Source: Candidatus Omnitrophota bacterium (lineage in GTDB: Bacteria; Omnitrophota; Gorgyraeia; B26-G9). From it: a stretch of DNA of 35,623 nt. Below the pieces are notes generated by a model, which worked only from the letters and a program-made list of their open reading frames with translations, did no database searches and had not been told where the DNA came from. Below are positions 12,001 through 24,000 of the stretch, piece after piece (the stretch's first letter is position 1; the number at the start of each line of letters is the position of its first letter). The position numbers and the translations under genes were made by a program. The DNA lies in NCBI GenBank assembly GCA_003645745.1, contig QNCH01000001.1, positions 1 through 35,623 of the forward strand. The letters run 5' to 3'.

Positions 12001-15000
12001 TTCAGCAGCAGTTTCCAGACGCGCTTAATCCTGACAATTCTTCTGCTAAACAAGAGCTGATTAACTGGGCACAGCAAACAGGTTACGCGGAAAACGCGGA
12101 ACTTTCAGCGTATGCTCCGGCTGAACAATTAACCATAGATTATTATACTACCAGCAAGATTACCTTTCTTGATGACAATGGTTCGTACAAAAGCGAATTA
12201 GCTGACGGCCGCGGCAATATAATTGTCACTAAAGAAATACATAATGCAGATGGCAGTATAACAACCACAACTTTAGGCGGATATGATGATGAAAACGCGC
12301 CTGGTTCAAATAAGAAGCATCGCGACCAGTCATGGGATACAAATATGGTGTTTAATTCAACGCAGTTTTCTACAGTTACACAATCGCAGTTTCAATATAA
12401 CGGCCTGGGGCAAAAAATTGCTTATGAGCAAAAAATAAACGGCGGCGATACACAGCATATTTACGGCATTACTTATAATCAGTACGGCCAGATGAGCGGC
12501 AAGGTAATGAAGGAAGGCCGCTCAACGACCTGGACCCATGATATAAAATATAATGCTTTAGATTTAAAAACATTTGAAATTGGAAATGCCGGTTATAAAT
12601 CGAGCAAATTTTCTTCATTGACAATTACTGAAACTACTTATCAGTATGACCAATACGGTATGGTCAAACATATAGATAAAGATGTTACCTATCATAAAGA
12701 ATGGGTGAAGAAGAGTTTTATGTCTAATCCAGTAGTTATGATTGTAGCTGCGATAATTATTGCTATAATCGCGGTATTTACTGCTGGAGCGGGGTTGGCA
12801 TTATTGGGAGTAGGTGGTGCGGCTGGGGCCAGCGCTATAGGCGCTGGTATGGCAGCAGTAAGCTCGATGTTTACAATGAGTTTGACTGTTGGCAGTTTAA
12901 TTGCTACATGCGGCGGCGCATTTATTGGCAGTATGGGCGCGAGTTTACTTGCTGGTAATAGTTTTGGTGATGCTTTAACAGCTGGCGCAATTGGAGCAGT
13001 TGGCGGACTTGTGGGCAGTGCGCTTGGCCCGCTAATGCAGGGATTCGGCGCTGGTTGGGCTGGAAATGCTGGCAATATAGTTAGTGGATTCAATCAAATG
13101 GGTACTATTGCCCAGGGGCTGGTGAAAGCTGGAGCTTGGGTTGGCAGTAAACTTGGTGGAGCTGCCAATTTGATTTCATCAGGAATTGGCAAAATTGGCA
13201 ATTTTTTCAGCCCTGCGATAAGCGGGATAAAAGATTTTTTTGCTCCGCTTACGTCGAAATTTTCAGAATTTGGCGGCAAGATTGCTGGAGCCTGGGGCAA
13301 AGTGAAGAATTTTGTAAAAACAAATATTGGCGATAAAGTGAAGAATTTTTATAATCACGGCACAGCTACTGTGCCGGCAACTACTACGCAGAAAGTTGTA
13401 ACTAGTATTGCTGACCGTGCAATGTATATTGGCGCGGTGGAAGGCTTAGACAGCGTTGGTGTAGGCAACGACGGCGCAATGATTATTGGGGGAGCAATTG
13501 TTGGCGGAATTATTGGGGGCAGCGGAGCTGGCACAACCTTTGAGCAGGGATTTACCTCAGGCGCAGTACAGGCAGGAGTTAGCCAGCTTGATTTAGGCGG
13601 CTGGGAAAATGTGGTTGGAGTTGCCGCAAGTGTTGCTGTGGATGCTAAGATTTCAGGTACTAAAATTTCAAAGATTCCAGCTGCTGAAATACAAAAGATA
13701 GCCGGATCTGCGGTATATACAGGTATGCAGAAGGTTGGGCAAGCTTTGGGTATTGATCCAACATTAACCAGTATTAACAGTATTTTGCTGCGGTCTCAAT
13801 GTTTAGATAAGCCTGAAACAGCGTTAGTTTCCGGAGTAACTAATTTAGCAGTAACCAGCGCGATTCAAGCTATAACCGGCAAAGAATGGTCTGAGCTTTC
13901 AAACACAGAAAGGCTTTTAGCTGCTGGAGTCGCGGATATATTCAGCATTGCTGCAACAGAAGCGTATTTTGCCTCAGACTCTGGGAATTTTAAAGATAAT
14001 TTTGAAAACAAGTTAAGGAGCGGGTTAGAAGCTGCATATACATTTGGAGCGCCTGATAATCTTACAACTGGTAATTTAAGCGATTATTTAGGCTCAGTAA
14101 TTGATTTTGGCAATGATTATATGGAAAACGGGTTAGCAGATTCTTTAGTTAACATCACCACAGATACCTGGATAAACCAGGCAGTTGATGAAATTGGCGG
14201 ACAGTACGGATTAATTGCCGGGATTTTCGGGGATGTGGAAACTGGCGGAGATATTGATGGCAGCCGGTATATTTTGCAGGAAAATGAAGATGGGACAAAA
14301 ATCAGAGTTTGGAATAACGGCAGTATTACTTATGAAAATAGTCTGGGTGAAGAGATTGGGCACAGGAGAAGCTTTAATTCTAATTTTGATCCTGCGCAGC
14401 TTGAGGGTAAGGTTGTATATGTAGAAGCGTGGGATAGTGGGAAACGTGATTATTATGCTTATAATCAGGATACGAATAAATTTATTCTCATTGGGAGTAC
14501 AGAACAACAGAAGATTCCTGAGCGTCCTGTATATAGTTTTAATTCTGAGTATACAGAAGAGTTTACCGAGATAATTAATAATGGGCTAACCAGTATAGAT
14601 GTACTTAATAACGGCTTAATGCCGATTACACAATATGATTATTTATCTACCTATATGCCTCAAATGTATGAGGGTAATTTTTCTCTTCTCAGTTCTGTGC
14701 CTGATCAAACAGCTCCGGCAATAACAGCAATTACCTATAATCCAATCGCTCAGATTTATCAATATCAATATACAGACGGCAATACAGGATTATATAACCA
14801 GAACAACCACAATTTTGCCTTAGCTAACCAGAATGGGCAGGTTTTAGGCAATTGGACATTTAATCCTGCGCAGGGAACATCTTTATATGATTATTATATA
14901 AACAATAACGCGGTTAATCAGGTTACTGGTCAGTCACCAGCGTTTTCAGGCATTGATTTTAATAATGGTATTGTGTATTCACAGGACAATGATCCTAATG

Positions 15001-18000
15001 CTGCTCATAACCAGGCTTATCTGCTTTCCGGCCAGGGCGAAGTTGCAGGAGAGGTTTATTTTACCCCTAATCGTACAATTGTAGATACCGGTTATGATAC
15101 ATTAACTACAAATATTGGCCTTTATCCTGGAAACAGCCTGATGCAAAATAGCGCTGGTACTTTTGATGTATATTTTGACCCTACGCAAGGCACAATCATT
15201 AACGCGCAGGATTCTAATGTAGGCTTTAATTCGGTTATTCCGGCAAACGCAAATTTCTTTACCGGAGATGCTGGTATAAACGCAACTACAATTAATTTAC
15301 ACGGCAATACAGATATTATAGATACAGGAGTAGAAGAGATTTCTACTTCATCTGGACAGGGAGGCTCAGGCGGCCAAGCAGGGACTGCGTATTTACAGGA
15401 AAATAACGGCAGTGTCTGGGTGCATGCAGGTGAGAATGCGTCTCTTACAGTAAATTATAATCTGCAAAACCAGGCAGTATTTAATCATGGCCAGAAATTT
15501 ATGATTGATGGCAATTATCCGGTTACGATAAATAATGTTAATACACATTCAGGCCTGGTTACAGGAATAGAAGGCGGGATTCAGCCTTCCATTGACGCGA
15601 TATTTGAAACTGAAAGTTTAGGCTTTGTACAATCCGTTAATTACGAAGGAGTAATTGGTTTGCATTCAATGTCAGTGCCTGCAAATGACGCAGTAATATT
15701 AGACAACAGCCTGCTCGGTACATCATTGCCTGAGCTTGGCATAGGTGTTAGCGGCCAACAACTTAAAATAAATAATATTAACGCGGACGGCAGGGTAGTT
15801 GGGCTGGGCATTGATTCGAGTTTAGGCGTAAACGCGCAAAGCCAGATAGGTTTTAGGGACAATTATTCAGAGCAGACAATAAGTTTAAGCAGTGATTTGT
15901 CACCGGGGCAGGAAGTTCATATAGGCTTAGGCTTAAATGGTGGTTATGTATTAACCAAAGATTTAGAGATTGACCCGTTTGCTGGAGGCGGCAGAATAAA
16001 CGCTGGATCTGCTGTTTCTGATTTAACCATTGGCGCTGATGGGAGTGTGACAAGTTTAGAATTTTCCAATATGGGTGTAAGCGTTGATCTGTTTAAAGGA
16101 GAATCTTTTGGCATAGGCCAGAATATTTATGATTACAGCCAGAACGATAATTATTCATCAGGTACTTCTACAGGCGCGGGCAATGATGTTTGGGTAAACA
16201 AAGATTTAAGTAATAATTTTAGTTTGCAAAACGGCAGAATAAACATTTCAGAAAACAAAGGCGTAACATTTAACAGCGGAGATAGCGTAAGATTCTCCGG
16301 TTTATCTGATCAGGACGTGATTACAATTCATAATGGAGATGCGATTGAGTTTAAGGGCAATACGTTTGGCTTACACTTAACCAATGCCCTTCCATACACA
16401 GAAGACATTAATCAGCAGATTACCCTGATAACTAATCAGGGCAAAACAAGGACTGATTTATCAGCTACAGAAGTAATCGGCGCTGACGGTAAAGTTCAAG
16501 CGTACTATGGATTTGAAGGTTTTAGCAGTCAGGACGCTGGAGATGAAGTAAGGTTAGGCGAAATTGCGTATCAGGTAACCAATGTTGGCGGCAAATATAA
16601 ATTAACTACTGCCCTTGAAACTGAAAATTTGCAGCAGCAATACACCTATAATAATAAAGAGTATTCTCTTGGATTAGAAAAGGGCAATATTTTATTTACC
16701 CCTGATCTTATGGGCAGGCTTGTGTCAGCAGAAGAAGTAAATATGGGCAATGGCTCTAAGCTAAAAGAGCTTTCAATTAATCCTGGGGCAATAAATAAAG
16801 AAGGAGTAATTACACAGGCAGGCATAAACACAGCGACTGTGTATTTATCTTCTGCTGACGGTCTTGATATTGCAGAGGATTTGGTAATTAATTCAGATAA
16901 AATGATGTCCAGCGCTCAAACAACGAATAATTTCTTAGAAGTTTCTAAAGATCCTGAAAACATGACTTATCTTGACCGCGATAATCAGATAATGCACGGT
17001 ATTGTGCATTTGCAATCAGACGCATCAGGCCAGGTTGGAGTTCATTATGTTTATGGTCAGCAGTTTGAGATTAGTAATGCAGACACAGTAAGAGACAGTG
17101 TTTTAATTAATGGAGTTGCCGCAGGCAACGGAGAGTGGATGGTATTAAACAATACAGCTGTGTTAATTAGTGAAACTGGCCAAATGTGGGATCTTGACGT
17201 TCTAAACGGCCAGGGCCAAAACGCGAGCGCTCTGGTAAATATAGATACACATATGGAACAGGGAGAAAAAGCAAATCAATATACTATTTATGGGCATACA
17301 GCTAAATACGAGTTTACGCAGGAAAACATTGGGTACACAGTTTTAAAGAACGGGCAGGAATTTAAGGTACAGGAAATTGACGGCGAGATAGGGTTAGGGC
17401 TGGATAATCTTAGTGTAACCAATCCTGAAGACAATAAAGTTTATTTGCACACTGATTATATTTCAAATGCAGAACTGATTAAAGGCGGGTTAAATCTTTA
17501 TGACATTGACAACAGGCTGAACACACAGATTGCTTTTAGGGGACAGGATAGTGCAGGCCCGTCCAATGGTGTGCTTAATTATGTATACACCTCTGGAATG
17601 GACGCAAATAAAGATTTTTATATACAGCAGAAAACATATCAATTTTCTAAAGATCATAAATACACTGGTTTTAATCTAAATACAAGCACATATTTTAATG
17701 ATCAGAGTCTGCAGGTAAGGACAGAAAATCAAACTGGCGCGTATAGTTTACGAAAGATTGACGCAAACGGCAGAGTAACAGAGTATAGTTTTTCCACGCA
17801 AAAGACACAAACAGATATCTCTAAAGAAATTAATGATTTAGGCATTCATGGCGTAAGCATAAATGATCAGGACAAGTTCAGAGTAGTCAGCTTAGGTTCT
17901 GAGGCAGTTACGTGGCTGCAAGGCAAAGAACTTGGGATTAAAGCAGACGGCATATTTGGGGCAAACACACAAACCTCGGTGTCTAATTATCTTAATCCTG

Positions 18001-21000
18001 AACTGGGCAGAAACACACGTGAGCATAATCTTGGAGTTATTGGTTATTACAGCGGATTCCTAAATTCTGAGAACACTGGTTTACTTTTAGGCGGCATAAA
18101 TACGCTTCAAACACAGCAGGCAATAGAGCAAAGTAAAGATGCTCTTACCGGCAATTGGGTGCAGGGGGAAAATGGCGGCAAAATTTATACTGGTGATATT
18201 ATGCTTGGCGGTTTATCTGTTGAAAATGTTACGGTTGAATTTAATTCTGATGAAAAGATTGAAAAGATTAAGCTTAATGAAGAAAATAGCGGCAAAGTAT
18301 ATCTTATGCCGGGAGAAAAGGGCAATGTAGGTATAGATAAGCAAGCATATGAATTTAGCGCTGGAGCAGAAGGAGCACAGGAGAAAATTTATCTTGGGCA
18401 AATGGATGAAAAATTCAATGTAACCTTGTCTGCTGATTTAGCAGTTAAAGATTTTGAAAATGATTTTATCATTATGGCTGATTATCAGGGAGTGCAGGCA
18501 GAGTTAACTTTAGGCGCAAACGGGCTAACCCTAATAAATGGCGTGTATCAAGCTAATCAGAAAGTTTATCTGCATACAATCCCAGACGGCGGCGGCAGTA
18601 CCAGCCCAACTACTAATATTACAAATGTTAATATTCGAGATTATAATTCGCCTGACACATATTTAATCAGCGGCATAGTTGAAGTTAGAGGCGGGCAGGA
18701 ACTTATTTTTACCGAGGGTGCGAGTTTAAGTGTTTGGCAGGAACCAGGTTCTACGTTTACATATAATGGCCAAACCTGGGTGCAAGGCTCCTGGGATGTT
18801 GGCGCGAATGGCCAGTTAGAGGCGCGTAAAGATGAGTCTTATGTTCAGTTATTTAAAGAAGGCGGGCTTGATTGCAGAGTATCAGGCATTGGAAGGCCTG
18901 ATCATGGGATTACCTGGAAAGAGATTACCGGAGATACCAGTATTGACTCAAAAGTAAGTCTTGCTTCAGTTGATCCTACATCTATATTTTATGGAGGTAC
19001 ATTAGGCATAGAAAGCGGCTCTTTAGTAGCTAGGAACGCGCCTTATCTGCGTGTAAGCACAGATGAGATGGGTAATAAAGTTATGTTTGCTGGGCACACA
19101 GATGAAAATGGCTTAAGGCATGATATGCGGTATAGTTCTTCTTATAGCCATCCTTCAGAAACAGATTCTTCTATAGACCCTTATTTCGCAAGGATGGATG
19201 CCATACATCCTGAGGACGCGATTAATTTTACAGTGTCTAATTTAGCAGCCAATAATGAATCTGCCTGGCGTGTGTTCAGCGCGCAAGTAGAGATTAGTGA
19301 CGCGTCTTTTGCGGAATTTTTGGCTGATATTGACGCGGGAATTGCATCAGGGGCAATCAGCGAAAACCCGACATTTAATTTTTCTGTAGAAAGTACAGAC
19401 GGCAAAATCGCGAGTGTAACAAGCACCTGGGAATTAAAAAATGGCAGAGAATATGTTCCTGTTTATGAGCAGGAGTATGACGGCAATCCAATAGCTTTGG
19501 GCCAGACATTTGATGTAATCTTCAATCAGGGAACAGACAAAGAAATAACCAGGAGTTATGTTGTAGAAGAGTTTGGCAGCGAGCTGAGGTTTATGTCTGC
19601 GAGCCGGGTTACAGAAAATAAACAAGCAGTTATTTTAAACCAAACTCGTGAGATTGATTTAGCACAAGGCCCGGTTTATGAACTCTATAATTTGCAAAAC
19701 AATGTTTTCAGCTTAAGAGGCACAAAAGAAGTAAACGGGCATACTGGAGTTGGTTTTATTGGTGATAATGAAGAATTTTTATTGCTTAACGGCAATAAAG
19801 TTTCTAAAACAGAAAATACCTATTTTGTTAATCAAGGCATAGGTTACAGCATAACTGACTTAGGCACAGGCCTTGACAACGCGTATATTTCTTCAGGTGT
19901 TGGAGGAGCAGGTGGAGAGTCTAAAGAAAATAAGATCAGGATTTTTGATAGAAACGGCGAAGTTTATATTGCCAAGGATTGTTTGTTTACCATCCAGAAT
20001 AACCAGTGGATGGTTACCGGCTCAGATTCTTTAGAAAATATTGGAGATACAAAGATAAAAGTAATTAATGCTAATGGAGACGACCAGTTTCTCAGGGGCG
20101 GTGTATATGCAAGAATTAGTGAAGGCAAACTCAATACTTATGTTTCAGGAGGAGTTGTAGATTATAATGATAAATGGTCTCGTTATGGCAAGAATGTTTT
20201 AGAACTTCCAGGCCGCGGAATTAAAGCAGTGTTTGACGAAACAGACGGTGTTTGGAGCGCTCTTGGCAAAACTGTAAGTATTGGCTTAATTGGCGGCGCA
20301 GCAGTTACCGCTTCAGTATTTGGCGCAGTAGAAATGGGCTCTTTAATTCCAGGAGCAATTAAGAGTGTTGAGGGTGGATTTATCAGCAAAAGCGCGCTTG
20401 GTTTAACCGGGCTTGAAAGCGGTTCAATTAGTTATGGTTTAGCAGTAGGCGCGATAAAATTAGCAGGAAGTGTAGCTGTCGGGTCAGCAGGTATGGCTGG
20501 GATAGAAGCAGTTAGGGGCGGTTCATCTGAAGAGATTAAAGAAGCAGCATTTGAAGGCGCGAAAATGGGCGCTTATTATTGGGGACTGTCAGGAGCTTTG
20601 GGCCTTGTTTCACACGCTTCTAAATTAGAGCTTAGCGCGGAAGCCGGAGAGTTGTTTACTGGTAATGTGTTTCAACGCGCGGGACAGCGCTTAGCTGCTT
20701 ATGTTGGGCGCGGCCAGAGTACTCAAAAATTGGCTAATGTGTTAGGCAAAGGAGCTACGCGTGCAACTTACGCTGGACGTATGGCAGCAGATACAGCTTT
20801 AGGAGTAGCAGAAACCAGCCTTGGTGTTGGCCGGATATCTATACCTTTCCATGCAGGGGCAAAAGTAGTTGAAGCATTAATAGAGACTACTCCAATAGAA
20901 GATCATATCTGGGGAGTAGAAAAGCTTGCTGAATTTGGGCAGGGTAATATTGAAGACGCGATTTTACAGGGTTTTGTTTTTGGCGCAGTGCTTGGACTTC

Positions 21001-24000
21001 CGCCTTTGAGATGGGCTACCGGAGCAGCAGCTGGGCTGGGCAGGAAAATGTTAAGTAAACCTGGAGAGATTTTGTATGCAACCCCTCTTGGCTCTACTGT
21101 TGGCAGAGCAGCGGCAAAATTAGTTAATGACCCAGTGCTTAAAGCAGCAAGTATGGGCGGAGTATTTAGCGCGATTTCTTCAGGCTCAGAGATTTATCAG
21201 ATTCTTAATGATGATTCCCGTGATTTATTCAGCAAAGAATCACTTGAAGATATTGCTATCTCAGGAGCGGTTGGCTTTGGTATGGGTGTTGCTTGGTCTT
21301 TAGGCAGCAGTGCTGCTCAAGGCATTGGTAATTTAGCTAAATCAAGTTTGTTAAAGCGAACTGCTAATGCAGGGGTAAAAGCGGTTACGTCTGCAAAGAA
21401 TACTTTTTCTATGCTTGCTCGTGAAGGTTATGTAGAAAATACATTTTCTGGAATGCTGCAAACCTGCGGTGTTGATCCTTATACAGCAGAGATATTAGCT
21501 GAACTTTTGCCTGAAAAAGGCGGCGGGGCATCTGCTAAGGCGTTTGCATATACAAATATGGGTTCAGTAATTAGTTATTCTGAGGATAGCCAAGGCTTAG
21601 GAAATAAGATTAATTTAAGCTCGTTAAATACAGAAGAAGACAGCAGAATAGAAGCAAACTTAACTAGATTAGAGGCAAAGTATAATTTAGAAGATGGAAC
21701 ATTAACTAACCGATTAAATTCAGGCAGTTTAACTGCAACTGGTGTGATGAGTACAATTAATGAAAGCGGCAGTTCAGGTATAAGCGTATCAGAGGTATGC
21801 TCAGAGGTTGGCATTAGCGTTGGCATGGTTCAGGAAAGCCTGAGTTTGGATGCAGCGCAAATGGAGAATGAGTTTGGCATAAGTATTGAAAAAGGCAATG
21901 CTTTTGAAGGCACAACATTATCAGAGCTTTCTATACTTGGCGGCACTCCTGAGCATTGGGAAAATCAAGTAAGTTTAGAAGAAGCTAAAAAGCTGGGCAT
22001 AGATATTTCAGAATTTCAATCACCGGGAATAAGTGATACAGATACTATAATCAGTATAGAAGCGAAATTAGGCAAAGATTCTGAGTCTGCGCAAAAATTA
22101 CGCAGCCGGATTGGAGATATCAGCATAGCAGAGTATGCTAAAGTTAAAGGAGTTAGTCTTGAAAGTTTAGCAGAAAAGAGCAATTGTGAGCTTAAAGCCT
22201 CATTAGTTAGCGGGGATTCCGCAATGAGTGAATTTGCCAGAGCAAAAGGTTTAAGTATTAATGCGGAGTTTTTGGCGCAATATGATTTAAATCTAGGATC
22301 TATACAAGGCAGATTAGAAGGCAAAACAATTGAAGATAAATTAAGCGAAACAATAGACGCGGAATTAGCGGAAGTTAAAAAGGATTTAAAATTCAACGCG
22401 GAGCAATTAGCGAGCTTGCCTGCAAAGGGAGAGACAAGGACAAAAGAGAGATTAGGTTTAGAGCAGACAAAACTAATAAGCGCTAAACAACAATTAGAAA
22501 CCTTGCGGGAAAACATAGGGCAAATAGAAACAACAAATGAGCTTAGTGCAATTTCAGAAAAACTTGGAATAGAAACTGGCCAGTTATTAGATAAGGTTGG
22601 GATTAAAGTCAGTGATTTATGGAAGATTAATGGAAAGGATAAAGAACAATTTGCAAAAGATGAGAATGTGAAAATAGCTCCTAAGTACGCGCTTGATCAG
22701 GAGCAATTAATGGGTGAGGGTGAGAATGTAAACGCTTTAATTGAAAGCTTGATTGCCGGCAATCAAGCGATAAGTTTGGTTGTTAAAGATGATGCAGGGA
22801 ATCTTGTTTTAGAATTTAATCAGGCAAGCAAGATTGAAGTAAAAGCATTTGACAAAAAGACTGGTATTATTCATATAGCAGTGGATAGTTCAGGGATAAA
22901 ACAGGAATTTGATCTTACAATTGATCAAGATGGCGGGCTTTTAAAAGTTGAAAGCGGCAAAATTTCAATTAACAGCGAGGTATTTGAACTTGAATCTGCG
23001 GAAGATGATGATGGCAATATTATCTGGAAAATCAAAGAAGATATTGGCAATAAGGCGCAGCAGAAAATGGCAAGAAGAATGAACACGATTTTAGATAAAT
23101 TTGCGCAGTCTAGAGGTTATGAGCTGAGTGTGCGCAATGATGTAAACCAGTTGGAATCAGTCTTAAAATTAGCTTTTGACCCTGAAACATTCTGGGAAAT
23201 ACCTGCAGGCACAGGAAAAACCAAAGCTATTTTTACAGTAGCTGCAGCATTTACTGCTGAGTTTACAGGCAGAAAAATAGTAAATGTTTTGCATAATAAG
23301 CCCTTACTTAAAGATGCAGTACAGGATGATTTTAAAGGAAACGGAGAATTAGGAGAAAGAGGCGAATTTTTCCAAAGCCTTGCTGTAGTTTCTCAAGCTG
23401 ATTTTGCTGATCTTGTGGGGCAGGATAATGTTGATGCTTTGATTGAAGATTTAATAGATCAGGGCTATATTGATGCTGAATTAAATATTTTGCCCGCGTT
23501 CAGGCAGACAAATGAGAAAGATTTTAGTTTAGTATGTCAGGATAAAGGTTATGCAATGCAGAGCGCGCAAATATATACGGTTTTAGAAACAGCAAGCAAA
23601 GGCATAACTTCATTGCAATTTACGCAGGAAGATTTAAAGATTTTAGAAAAGGGCGGAGATAACGCAGAAAAGCTGATTCAAAGAATTAATGATGCTGATG
23701 TTATTTACATAGAGTCTGATGCCTGGGGATTTCTTGCACTTGAAGCGCAGCAGGCAAATAAATTTAATTGGGGCGAGAAAAAATGGGTTAAGCAGGCACA
23801 TAACGCGATTTTTGGAGACAGTAAGGTAATCCATGACGAAGTTGATACAATGTTCGGCAAGAATCGTTTTCAGCAGGGACAAGATGCGCGCATATTAACA
23901 GACACAGAAATAGACGCGATTTTATTTGTGCACAAAGCAATGCAGGGAATAGTTAAGCAGGGAATGGTTGAATCTAAACAAGACTTTGATAATCCTGTAG

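Noticed and set aside
9460-18330. Plus-strand alternative-frame ORFs inside the giant ORF (9460..9681, 14215..14424, 18139..18330).
   Set aside because: They are short out-of-frame overlaps with no RBS or motif support. Their length is what chance predicts within 30 kb of sequence.
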